In this document: positions 10,162 to 20,198 of the stretch, one piece after another | Layout: each line of letters opens with the position of its first letter | How positions within the stretch are numbered: the first letter of the stretch is position 1 | Source of the DNA: an uncultured cyanobacterium | GTDB taxonomy: Bacteria > Cyanobacteriota > Cyanobacteriia > Cyanobacteriales > Cyanobacteriaceae | Assembly: GCA_963749915.1 (NCBI GenBank) | Contig: CAVVOP010000005.1 | Location: 320,001-384,000 of the forward strand | Reading direction: 5' to 3' | Length of the DNA: 64,000 nt | Position numbers and translations under genes: made by a program | The notes under the pieces: model-generated | Database searches by the model: none | What the model saw: only the letters and a program-made list of their open reading frames with translations | What the model was told of the DNA's origin: nothing

Positions 10162-11020
10162 TAGTAGACCATCAATTTTGTTTTGAGGGACAAAAAAAGA
10201 GCTAATCTGGAAGAAGTTATCAAACTTCAGACCACAAAATGCCCAAGAAAAAATATATCGTAGATCTAACAAAGTCCGAAAGAGCTGAACTTGAACAGTT
10301 AACTAAGAAAGGAAAAATAGCAGCTTACAAAATGAACCATGCCAGAATACTATTGTTAGCAGATGTCAATCAACCAGAAGGCGGTTGGACAAATCTAAAA
10401 ATCAGTGAAGCCTTAAATGTTAGTCAAGCAACAATTGAGAGAGTGCGGCAAAGATTTGTCGAATCAGGGATTGAATCAGCTTTAACTAGAAGAGAGCAAA
10501 AGAATCGTCGAAGCAAAATTATCGATGGTGAAAAAGAAGCTTATCTAGTTGCAATTGCTTGTAGTGAAACCTCAATGGGACAAGCAAAATGGACACTTCA
10601 AATGCTGGCAGATAAAATGGTCGAACTTCAATATGTGGAAAAAGTATCGAGAGAAACTATTGGAAAAACATTAAAAAAAACGAATTGAAACCATGGCTGA
10701 ATGAATCATGGGTGATTCCGCCAAAGTCTAATGCTGAATTTGTCTGTTCCATGGAAGATGTCTTGGATATTTATCACAGAGAGTATGATTCTCAAAATCC
10801 ATGGGTTTGTTTTGATGAGAGTTGTAAACAGTTAGTCAAAGAGGTCAAGAAAAAAATCGAAGCAGAGCCAGGAAAAAAAGAACGTTATGACTATCAATAT
10901 AAACGTAATGGTGTTGCCAATCTGTTTATGTTTTTTGAGCCATTACAAGGTTGGCGACATGTAGAAGTGACACAACAAAGAACAGCAATCGATTATGCAC
11001 GCTCTTATGAAGTATTTGGT
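10162..11020 (+). mobile_element. IS630-family element, 3'-truncated; two-ORF transposase (10239-10688, 10685-~11000)
   Basis: Left end TAGTAGACCATCAATTTTG..GAGGGA. HTH ORF A, slippery TTAAAAAAAAC at 10671-10681, ORF B with CFDESCKQL and YKRNGVANLF. The rest of the DDE domain is missing next to IS1634. Confidence 0.9.
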
Positions 11021-11044
11021 TCTTCTACAGTAGCTATGATACAT

Positions 11045-11930
11045 CCCACATTCCGCACGTCACTTTGTAAGATGATAAAAGTATTAAAACCAAGCAACTT
11101 ATTTTGGACAAAATATAAGTAATAATACTCAATATCTTCTTTATTTATGGTATTATAATTGAGAATATTTAGACTCTTAAATCCAATAAGTTATCAAGTT
11201 ATCCAGATAAAATATAATAATTATGACAAGAAATTAAGAAAAAACTTAAAATTAGTTTTCGTTCATTTGTTAGATTTACTATCTGTTCTTTTCCTCTATT
11301 TATTACTAAATGAATTCCTTGAAAACTTTGAAATATCCATCTTAACGTCGGACGTTCCGTTAGTTTTCCTAATTGATTTTTTATTCCGATTTTTTTCTCT
11401 TTTAAATTTACTTTTATCCAATCTGTTTGTTGCCAACACAAATCTTCCTGCTCTTTTTTCTAATTCATTTATTTTGATTAAATCTGATTCTATCACCGCC
11501 ATAATTTTGTGAATTTTTCCTGATTTTTCTCCTTTCTTTTTCGATTTTTTCTGGTGATTATTTAATTCACTTTCCGATTAAATGTTCTGTGGCTTTGTCT
11601 TTAAAAAACTGTGGAAATAGATAAAGAGGTCGAGAAATAAATCCTAATCCGTTCAGAATAATTGCTTTGACTATTTGACCTGCTGTCACGATTTCCCTCT
11701 CGTCAATACCGAGGGCATCGTTAATAATTTCTTCAATCCCAATTTCATCTATAACTCCAGCAATTAATCCTAAATGATTAATGGAACGTTGCTCATTTTT
11801 CTACTAATTTATCTGAGTTCTCTTTATAAGCTAGAGAACTAATCACTGAGTATTTCTTGTCGTAGTCAATCACTGTTCAACCCCTAACCTCGTAATCTGA
11901 ATTTATACAGTTTGACGTGCGGAATGTGGC
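11045..11930 (-). mobile_element. Internally deleted, non-autonomous IS1634-family element
   Basis: Perfect 17-bp inverted repeats CCACATTCCGCACGTCA (11046-11062 and 11913-11929). Transposase pieces are colinear with the copy at 60998-63123. Confidence 0.92.
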
Positions 11931-11995
11931 TTGTTTATTGAGTTACTTGGTCTGCTGGGCTAAGGGAGCACCGAAAGACCGCAACCCGTCTGAGA

Positions 11996-12430
11996 TTACA
12001 TACCGCCTACCGCCTGGGCGAGTCCGAGGAAGAGCGGTATACACACGCCGATCGCAATCGGCGTACCGATGGCGGTGGACGCGCCAATATAGGCGGACGG
12101 ATTAGCCGATGGGATACCAGCTCGTAAGGTGGGAGGACCTGAGATGTCTGAACTGGAGGCGGCGATGACAGCCAGAACTACGACCCCGCCCATACTGAAT
12201 CCCGTAGCATAGTGGGCAATCATGCCAAGACCAAAGGCGATGAACCCATGCACCAGCGGTGCCACCACGCTATAGACGACGTACCACTGAGCCACTTTGC
12301 GCAGTTCGCCAAGCCTTGACCAAGCTTCCATACCCATGACTAGCATCAAGATCGAAAGCAAGCCGCGAAAGCCAGGTTCGTAGAAGCTTTCAAAGACACT
12401 TTCTGGCTTGGCGAACAGTCCAATAGCTAG
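11996..12430 (-). pseudogene. sbtA: 5'-truncated sodium-dependent bicarbonate transporter SbtA (last ~145 aa only)
   Basis: MGMEAWSRLGELRKVAQWYVVYS...SSSDISGPPTLRAGIPSANPSAYIG matches the SbtA C-terminus. No N-terminal half upstream. GC-rich. Confidence 0.9.
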
Positions 12431-12640
12431 GGTTGGAAGATGGGGAAGATTCCTCAAGACCACTCTAGAAATAATTGCCTAAATTTATGGGTAATTATTG
12501 CCATGAAAATCGATGTTAATAAATAAAATTTTAAACTTTACAGTATTTATATCATGTCTAATCATATTCACTATCTGATTGAACCGCAAAAAGCAGAAGA
12601 CATCCCCAATATTTTTGTCTAAATGTCCCCGCTGGTTCAA

Positions 12641-13522
12641 TTATTCTGAACTCAAAGGCTGAGTTGGTAATACTGGATAAAGTATGCCGTCTTGGGCAAA
12701 AGCTTGTTTAGCTCGTTTAGTTAAATCGCTTTTATAAATAAATTCGTCCCTTGCGTCGAAGGGATAGCACTTTAGTTTAAAATGAGTTCCCCAAGGTTTT
12801 TCTTCCGTGACTACTAAAATAGGAAGTTTGAGTTGCGTATATTTACTGGTATGAGCCACCTGATATAAAATGTGCATCACTCGCTCGACATCTACTGTGT
12901 GAACTAGGTAAAAGTCCGCAACTGTTTGTGCTTCTATGCTACCTTTATTGGCATTAGAAATGGCTTCGGTCCAGATCTTGTTGTGGGGAATCGTCACCAG
13001 ATTATCATTAGGAGTTTTAATAATAATTCCTCTCAAGCCATAGCTCATAATTTCTCCGTAGTAATCGCCAATTTTCACGCGATCGCCCACTTGATAGGGA
13101 GACTCAAATAGAGCTACTATTCCAGCAATCAAAGAACTGGCGTAATCTTTAAAGGCAAAACCGAGGGCAACCGCAACTGTCCCTGTAACTGCGATTAAAT
13201 TATTGGGGGATAAATTCAAAAATAAATTAAGCAGTATTACTCCAGCCAAACCGATCACAAAGGCACGAAAAAAAGGTAAAGATTGCTTGATACTTAGGCG
13301 GAACTTCAGAGATACTTTTTCCGATAACCAGTGAATGAGCTTGTCAATTGCCCACAATCCTCCATAGGCGATCGCAATAATGACTAATCCTTGGATAATC
13401 TTAGGGAAGGTTATTTCAGAGAGAATCCTTGAAGCATTCTCCATCTCACTATTGATTTGAGCTAATGGGTAAACAGAAGGAATAAATACCCAAGTAAGGC
13501 AATCTAGGGGAAAATTAAACAT
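12641..13522 (-). CDS. MscS-family mechanosensitive channel
   Basis: Motifs ALGFAFKDYASSLIAG, PYQVGDRVKIG and VTIPHNKIW. Confidence 0.9.
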   Translation of the reverse strand: MFNFPLDCLTWVFIPSVYPLAQINSEMENASRILSEITFPKIIQGLVIIAIAYGGLWAIDKLIHWLSEKVSLKFRLSIKQSLPFFRAFVIGLAGVILLNLFLNLSPNNLIAVTGTVAVALGFAFKDYASSLIAGIVALFESPYQVGDRVKIGDYYGEIMSYGLRGIIIKTPNDNLVTIPHNKIWTEAISNANKGSIEAQTVADFYLVHTVDVERVMHILYQVAHTSKYTQLKLPILVVTEEKPWGTHFKLKCYPFDARDEFIYKSDLTKRAKQAFAQDGILYPVLPTQPLSSE

Positions 13523-14754
13523 TATCTATGTCCTTTAATTAGAAAATTATTGCGAGTTAAATCTTTTTTAAGTTGAGGGTAATAGGCAGGATTAATTGTT
13601 AGTAGCTTATTTCTATGTTCAACCACACCCGAATTGCAGAGAATCTGAACTTGGTTTTGTACCTTAATCTGCTGGTCTCCCAAGCTTACCGCTAACTCGG
13701 ATAAAGTCATTTGCCCATGAAGACAAAGAGAAAATAGTAAATAACGATCATCTTTTGTCAACTCGGGTAAATTTGGTAAGACGATCTTTTGTAAGACGAT
13801 ATTGGGAGAAGAGTCATTTTCATCCTTATCTTCTCGAACTTCTTCGTTAGATTTTTCTTCCTCCTTTTCTATACCCAGAGACAATAACCATAACCTTGAG
13901 GCTACATGACTCAAACCTAGGGAAATTAAAGCTAGATGTTCAAAATAGCTTTGTTGTGATGATGATTCCCAGCCCTCTTCATTCTCGTCATTGAATTGGC
14001 GGTCATCATTTTGCTTTTCTTGATCGTGGCTAAACTCAAATTCAATTGTTTCCGAAACAGGAGTTAACCATTCTTTAAGTTCTATGTCTTTAAGTTCTGG
14101 TAAATAAACAGTCTGTTGGAAATAACTACTAAAATTACCGATAACATCTAAATATTCCCAAGTCAAAGTATTACAACCAATTAGCCAAAATTGAGAACGA
14201 TCTTTAAATAACAAATCTTGAAGATATTCAATGGTATCCAAACCATCAATACAGCGCAAAAAACACCAGTTTAAATCGGGAATTATAAACACAACTTGAT
14301 CAGGATTATCTAGGCTTACATCCTCGAATGAATCAATTTCTTGTGAAAGTTGAAATTTAATCTTGGGATAATCAGGAGGACGATTCGACCAAGATAGAGA
14401 TTTTAGTTGTAAAATGTCTCTTTGTTCCCAATCTGCTAGGACTTCGTTAAATATCTGAGCAAAAGACTCCACCGGACTACCTAAGATTACTAAACTATTA
14501 GGAGCATTTTCTTCTTCTTGCCACAGAGCGATCGCTTCTGATAATTTAGACTTGACGGTTTTCAGATAAGGAGAAGGAGTCGATAAACTATCAATTTTTT
14601 TGCCCAGGGCAATTATCTGAGAAGAAGGAAGTGGATCAAGATTTTTTTGTCTGAGTTGAGCTTCTAACTCAGAGGACTTGGCTTTAAATTCCGCGTGGAC
14701 ATTGGGAAACCAATTCCTAATTTTTTTCTTGATAAACCTGATGTTAAAACCCAT
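13522..14754 (-). CDS. Hypothetical protein (degenerate P-loop-like core, C-terminal winged helix), coupled to the MscS gene
   Basis: 410-aa ORF whose stop overlaps the MscS start. C-terminal HGQMTLSELAVSLG is wHTH-like. Confidence 0.65.
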   Translation of the reverse strand: MGFNIRFIKKKIRNWFPNVHAEFKAKSSELEAQLRQKNLDPLPSSQIIALGKKIDSLSTPSPYLKTVKSKLSEAIALWQEEENAPNSLVILGSPVESFAQIFNEVLADWEQRDILQLKSLSWSNRPPDYPKIKFQLSQEIDSFEDVSLDNPDQVVFIIPDLNWCFLRCIDGLDTIEYLQDLLFKDRSQFWLIGCNTLTWEYLDVIGNFSSYFQQTVYLPELKDIELKEWLTPVSETIEFEFSHDQEKQNDDRQFNDENEEGWESSSQQSYFEHLALISLGLSHVASRLWLLSLGIEKEEEKSNEEVREDKDENDSSPNIVLQKIVLPNLPELTKDDRYLLFSLCLHGQMTLSELAVSLGDQQIKVQNQVQILCNSGVVEHRNKLLTINPAYYPQLKKDLTRNNFLIKGHR

Positions 14755-15059
14755 ATTCTATTTTTATTTCTGATTAAAGTTTGCGGAAAAAGTCATAATC
14801 TAATAGTGGTATAGCAATACAGGATTACATTGGAAAGTTTTTAAATCTTCTAAATTATATAAGTTGAAAACGACATCTAGAAAGAGAAGCTATATCCCAC
14901 AATATTTGGGCATTAATCTCTTAAGTTGACACCAGTGATCTTTATGTCCATGGATACAGTGTTTCCATCCATTATTGGAATGCCTGAAATTGAAACAGAA
15001 AGTGAATCATTTTCCTCTAGGTATAACCATTATTCACCGGAAAGAAAATGGCGTGGTTT

Positions 15060-16082
15060 CTAAGATTTTAGTAAGTTTTTAGCAATTAATAATTCTGCAA
15101 TTTGCACCGCATTTAAAGCCGCACCTTTACGAATTTGATCACCACATAACCACAATTCGATTGCATTTTTGTTAGAAATATCTTGTCTAATTCTACCCAC
15201 TAAAACATCATCTTTCCCTGTTGCATCTATGGGCATAGGAAAATAATTTTTATCCCAGTCTTCCAATAATTTTACTCCTTCAGCTTGAGCAATAATTTCT
15301 CTTGCTTTTGCTACGGAAAAAGGTTGAGCAAATTCAATATTAATCGCTTCTGAATGGGCTCTTAATACGGGTACTCTAACACAGGTGGCACTGATGCGCA
15401 AGGAGTCGTCACTAAAAATCTTGCAAGTTTCGTTCACCATTTTCATTTCCTCCTCACAATAGCTGTTATCCATGAGGGGCGAATTATGGGGAAAGAGGTT
15501 GAAAGCTAGGGGATAGGGTAACACTTCTGGCACAGGATTTTCGCCGTTTAAAATAGCTCGAGCTTGGGTTTTCACTTCTTCCATTGCCCTTGCACCAGCA
15601 CCACTGGCGGATTGATAGGTAGAAACGATGATTCGTTGAATGGGTTGAATTCGATGCAAAGGGTAGATAGCAACCCCCATTAAAATAGTCGTGCAATTGG
15701 GATTAGCAATTATTCCTCGGTGGTTTATTACCGCTTCAGGGTTGATTTCGGGTACAATTAAGGGAACGTCAGGATTCATGCGAAAGGCACTGGAATTGTC
15801 GATCATCACTGCCCCAGAAGATACAATGGTATTTGCCCATGTTTTAGAAGTTGAACCTCCAGCTGATGCCAAGACTATATCAACATCTTTGAAAGAATTT
15901 TCGTCCACAGCCTGAACTTCGATTAACTCGTCTTTAAAAGCTATTTTTTGTCCTGCTGAACGAGGAGATGATAATAATTTCAATTCTTTTACGGGAAAAT
16001 TGCGCTCGATCAGAAGGTTAATAATTTCTGTCCCTACCGCACCCGTCGCCCCTAAAATCCCTATCCGAACTTGATTAGACAA
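15060..16082 (-). CDS. asd: Aspartate-semialdehyde dehydrogenase
   Basis: Motifs GATGAVG, IANPNCTT, TYQSASGAG and DQIRKGAALNAVQI. Confidence 0.97.
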   Translation of the reverse strand: MSNQVRIGILGATGAVGTEIINLLIERNFPVKELKLLSSPRSAGQKIAFKDELIEVQAVDENSFKDVDIVLASAGGSTSKTWANTIVSSGAVMIDNSSAFRMNPDVPLIVPEINPEAVINHRGIIANPNCTTILMGVAIYPLHRIQPIQRIIVSTYQSASGAGARAMEEVKTQARAILNGENPVPEVLPYPLAFNLFPHNSPLMDNSYCEEEMKMVNETCKIFSDDSLRISATCVRVPVLRAHSEAINIEFAQPFSVAKAREIIAQAEGVKLLEDWDKNYFPMPIDATGKDDVLVGRIRQDISNKNAIELWLCGDQIRKGAALNAVQIAELLIAKNLLKS

Positions 16083-16187
16083 ATAACTTTCCTCCTAATA
16101 ATTAAGCAATAAATTTAATAATAAAAATAAAACTACCGTAAGCAGAACTGTAGATTAAAATTAAGTAATTGTTAATTGTTAATTGAT

Positions 16188-16595
16188 TTAGTATCCTTTT
16201 TTCACGGCAAATTCCACTTGCTTAAACTCTTGAGAGAGACGGGTTTTCAACTTCTCAGGTAAAGGACGATTGCCGTAGGAAGTGTAATAGCCGGCTAAAG
16301 AATTAAGAGCGGTTTGCATGGTGGTAAAGGATTTCAAGCCACCGTAATTGCTGTCCTTACGATAACGAGAAATATACTCATTAATTTGTTTCCTGGCTTC
16401 GTTTTGAGCGGCTTTTTTTGTCTGGACGTCTGACTCTGCCGGCAATTCTATGGCTGTAATCAAGGTTTGTAATACTGATAAGGTATCATTGGTATAATTT
16501 CCTGTTAAACCAGTGGGACTGGCACCACAACCAAATAAACTAATGGTCACAACTAAGACTAGAGCTAAGAGTTTTGATAAATAAGGTTTAATCAT
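16188..16595 (-). CDS. psb27: Photosystem II assembly lipoprotein Psb27
   Basis: Lipobox LFGC and SFTTMQTALNSLAGYY. Confidence 0.95.
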   Translation of the reverse strand: MIKPYLSKLLALVLVVTISLFGCGASPTGLTGNYTNDTLSVLQTLITAIELPAESDVQTKKAAQNEARKQINEYISRYRKDSNYGGLKSFTTMQTALNSLAGYYTSYGNRPLPEKLKTRLSQEFKQVEFAVKKGY

Positions 16596-16759
16596 GAGTA
16601 TTTATACGCCATATTTTTACTAGTTTTTTCTGATTTTATCAGTTAAGGGATCAACAATGAGTTCTGAGTTCGGAGTGATAATATTTTGCAGGGAAAAAAC
16701 GGGAATTAGCTTTTGTGAATTTCAACATAAATACTTTAAAAATTTAATCTGATTTCTAC

Positions 16760-17330
16760 TATTAGAAAGGTTTGAGTACTGCCATCGCCAATATAACAAT
16801 CTTCAGGGAATCTCCACCTTCTTCCAACTTGTTCAATAATAAGGGTATATCCGCCGGTTGTTTATATCAGCAATCCAGAGGGCATTAAACAAGTTTTAAC
16901 TGCTGAACCGGAACAGTTTATCGTGGGCAAAGGCAATCGCATTTTAAGATTTTTACTCGGAGATAAATCCCGAAGATATTCTCTGTCTGTTGTTATTAGC
17001 AAAGGGCGAAGATGGACAACAAATGAGCAATGAAGAGTTACATGATAATTTAATTAGTTTATTGACTGCTGGTCACGAAACCACTGCTTCTGCTCTGGTA
17101 TGGGCATTATATTGGATTGACTATATCCCCGAAGTGCGAGATAAATTACGGGCAGAAATTGCTGACTTGGGAGAAAATCCAGACCCGATGGAAATAGCTC
17201 GTCTCCCTTATCTGAGTAATGAAATTGGTAATTGCCAGTATAGTTTCCCATTTTGACCTAAAATTGGTTAATTATCGCCCTGTGCGACCTGTACGTCGAG
17301 GTTTGACTTTCGCCCCACCAAATATTAAGG
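16760..17330 (+). pseudogene. Cytochrome P450 (CYP110-like) pseudogene with internal deletions
   Basis: Three pieces in different frames: PPVVYISNPEGIKQVLTA, I-helix LLTAGHETTASAL, and MKLVIASIVSHF..RRGLTFAPP. ExxR and the heme-Cys motif are absent. Confidence 0.88.
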
Positions 17331-17373
17331 CGATCGCTATTTTAAATTATTTTGTATTTACTTTAATTACATT

Positions 17374-18003
17374 ATGTCCACTTTTGTTTTTTTATGGACT
17401 CTTAGTTCATCTCTATTTTTTTTGATTCCAGCAATTATTTTCAGACTAGGTTCTCTGAATGTTGTATTTCAATCTGTTGCGTTGGTACTAACTGCCGATT
17501 GGATTCTATTAGGTTTAGCACAATGGCGACTCTTAAATCCATATCTTGCTAACGCCTATACTTGGGGTGTCGTAACTATAGTTGGTGGAACAATTATCTC
17601 TGGTTTATGGATAATCACTATAGGATTGGGATTGTTTATTTTTGGAGTAACAGCTTTTAGCGATAAGAATTTTTTTGCTGTTAGACTTCTGTTGTTTTTA
17701 GTGAATCTTCTTGTCTTCTTCGGCTTGGGATATTTATTTGGCTGGTTGCAAATACAAGTACTTAAACAGTCAATAGTTTTAGATGGAACCGATTATTTAC
17801 CGTTAAAAATGGGTTTTTATTGGCTATGGAACATTCCCATATCATTAATAGCTTCCATTGCCATAACGACTTCTGTAGGACCATTTGATAAATACATACT
17901 GTTCTACGTGTTTACAACCTTAATAACCATAATTTTTATAATTGTCAGCAATTTGATATATGGTTTCAAGCTAGAGCAAATATTAACAACTTCGTCAATA
18001 TAA
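17374..18003 (+). CDS. Hypothetical integral membrane protein
   Basis: 209 aa with about six hydrophobic segments. No recognised family. Confidence 0.65.
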   Translation: MSTFVFLWTLSSSLFFLIPAIIFRLGSLNVVFQSVALVLTADWILLGLAQWRLLNPYLANAYTWGVVTIVGGTIISGLWIITIGLGLFIFGVTAFSDKNFFAVRLLLFLVNLLVFFGLGYLFGWLQIQVLKQSIVLDGTDYLPLKMGFYWLWNIPISLIASIAITTSVGPFDKYILFYVFTTLITIIFIIVSNLIYGFKLEQILTTSSI

Positions 18004-18244
18004 TCAACACCTTCGTCAAAATGAAACAGGATTTGAACACAAAAACTATAAAAATGTTCAAATATGACGTGATGATTCTATCAAAATAGTACTTAAATCC
18101 TACTTTATAAGCCTCTAGGGGGGATTGAAAAAATTTAAGGTTTATTCGACGATGAAATAGTATTGCACAATTGAAGTCTTTTAAAAATCGCCGTTGCTAA
18201 CTAAACCAAGTATATATAAGGATTAAAAATCGGGATGGAAGTCG

Positions 18245-18772
18245 ATGTTAAATAAATTATCAAGGATTGGTTTCGGGTTTATCGTTGTTTTTGGGGTGAC
18301 CACTTCTAAGGTGCTAGCTCATGGTAGTGTTATTACTTACAAGCCTAAGGAAGTTATAGAAATCGATGCTAAATACGATAACGGAAAGCCGATGGAAAAT
18401 GCCCAAGTAGTGATTTATTCTCCTAGCAATCCAACACAACTTTGGTTGACGGGGATGACGGATGAGAAGGGAAAATTTATTTTTACCCCCGATTTTTCTC
18501 AAGGGGGAGATTGGACTGTTAAAGTTAGATCCGCTGGACATGGTGGTATTGTTTATATACCCGTCGAGTCATTATCGACCCAAGAAACCAATGAGGTAAA
18601 TTCTTCTCAACCCTCAGAATCTCGAGCAAATAACCAGATAGTAAAATCTCCATCCCCAGAATTGGAAGAAAGGACTTCATCTCCTACTATGTTGCAAAAA
18701 TTGATGATGGCGGCAACGGGAGTGTGGGGTTTTGTAGGTACAGCTTTATTTTTTTCACGCAAAAAGTTTTAA
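18245..18772 (+). CDS. Exported Co/Ni ECF-associated protein (carboxypeptidase-regulatory-like fold)
   Basis: Signal peptide ending VLA-HG, GMTDEKGKFIF, AGHG and a C-terminal TM. Directly upstream of cbiM. Confidence 0.75.
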   Translation: MLNKLSRIGFGFIVVFGVTTSKVLAHGSVITYKPKEVIEIDAKYDNGKPMENAQVVIYSPSNPTQLWLTGMTDEKGKFIFTPDFSQGGDWTVKVRSAGHGGIVYIPVESLSTQETNEVNSSQPSESRANNQIVKSPSPELEERTSSPTMLQKLMMAATGVWGFVGTALFFSRKKF

Positions 18773-18783
18773 TTAGATCAAAT

Positions 18784-19422
18784 ATGCACATCCCTGATGG
18801 ATTATTACCCCCTTCCGTTTGTATTGCTAGTTATGCCATTACCGGGGGTCTTACTTGGTTTTCGTTGCGTCAAATTAGCCGACAAGAAGACTATCAACAA
18901 CAAATTCCCACAGCTTCTTTATTAACAGCGGCTTTTTTTGCGTCTTCCCTCATCCATATTCCCATCCCCCCTTTTAGTATTCATCTGGTTTTAAACGGTG
19001 TCATGGGGTTAATTTTGGGCTACTATGCTTTTCCTAGTATTTTAATCGGCTTATTTTTTCAAGCCGTCTTTTTTCAACATGGCGGTTTATCAACTTTAGG
19101 TATCAATGCCATTATTATGGGGTTACCTTCTTTGCTGGCTTATCATCTTTGGTTGTTAAGAAAATTACCCCTTTTTAATAATTCTTTAGGCAATAATATT
19201 TTGGCTTTTTTTGTAGGGGGAATTGGTGTTTTTCTTTCGGCTTTACTTTTTGTTTTTATAACTGTCAATAATATTTCTCCTGATTTGAATATTAATGCTG
19301 AAAAAACCGCTATTTTAACCTCTTTAATTGGCTACGGTCTTCAGGCTATAATTGAAGGAACTTTAACGGTGATGTTAGTTAATTTTTTCCATAAAGTTAA
19401 ACCCGAAATACTAAATAATTAG
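18784..19422 (+). CDS. cbiM: Cobalt/nickel ECF transporter S component
   Basis: N-terminal MHIPDG metal-binding motif and HGGLSTLGIN. Confidence 0.93.
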   Translation: MHIPDGLLPPSVCIASYAITGGLTWFSLRQISRQEDYQQQIPTASLLTAAFFASSLIHIPIPPFSIHLVLNGVMGLILGYYAFPSILIGLFFQAVFFQHGGLSTLGINAIIMGLPSLLAYHLWLLRKLPLFNNSLGNNILAFFVGGIGVFLSALLFVFITVNNISPDLNINAEKTAILTSLIGYGLQAIIEGTLTVMLVNFFHKVKPEILNN

Positions 19423-19427
19423 TAAAA

Positions 19428-20198
19428 ATGAAGTTATTATTAGATCAATACGCCCATTTAGATTCCTATATTCATCGTTGGCAACAGCAACCGAAATTTA
19501 TTGCTTTAATGAGCTTAATTTTTGCCTTTGCTTTTATAAAAAACTTGGTATTTTTACCTTTCATTATTGTTATCACTTTAGTCTTGTATTTATCTTCCAA
19601 TTTACCTTTAAATTTTTTATTATCTCGTCTTCGCTATCCGGGTATTTTCATCGTTGCTGTTGTTATTCTATTGCCTTTTTTAGTTGGTAAAACTGTCATT
19701 TTTTCCTTTTTTATTCTTCAGATTAAACTAGAAGGTTGTCTTTTAGTTCTCTTAGTTGTGACTCGCTTTGTTTGCATATTAACTACGAGTTTAGTCTTGT
19801 TTGGCACTTCTCCTTTTCTCACGATTCTAAAAACTCTGAAGTCTTTGGGTTTGTCTCCCATTATTAGTGATATGATGTTATTAACTTATCGTTACTTAGA
19901 AGAATTCGGCGATCGCTTAACTACCATGGAAAGGGGATTAAGGTTAAAAGGTTTTTATCCTCATAGGTTAAATCGTCGAAATTTGAGGATAATCGCCAAT
20001 TTAATGGGAAGTTTGCTAGTTAGAAGCTATGATCAGTCAAAATTAGTCTATCAAGCTATGATTTTAAGAGGTTATGGTTATCATTGTCAATTATCAAAAA
20101 AAGTTTCCCCGTCGGCAATTAATGTTAAACACTGGTTAGCCTGTTGTATAGTTGTAGGAATAAGTATAAGTATCGTTATTATTCAATTTTGGATTTAA
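19428..20198 (+). CDS. cbiQ: Cobalt/nickel ECF transporter T component
   Basis: Motifs LDSYIHRW, LTYRYL, LLVRSY and AMILRGY. Confidence 0.92.
   Translation: MKLLLDQYAHLDSYIHRWQQQPKFIALMSLIFAFAFIKNLVFLPFIIVITLVLYLSSNLPLNFLLSRLRYPGIFIVAVVILLPFLVGKTVIFSFFILQIKLEGCLLVLLVVTRFVCILTTSLVLFGTSPFLTILKTLKSLGLSPIISDMMLLTYRYLEEFGDRLTTMERGLRLKGFYPHRLNRRNLRIIANLMGSLLVRSYDQSKLVYQAMILRGYGYHCQLSKKVSPSAINVKHWLACCIVVGISISIVIIQFWI

Noticed and set aside
18004..18244. Cobalamin riboswitch upstream of the cbiMQ operon
   Set aside because: No B12-box or conserved core is visible.
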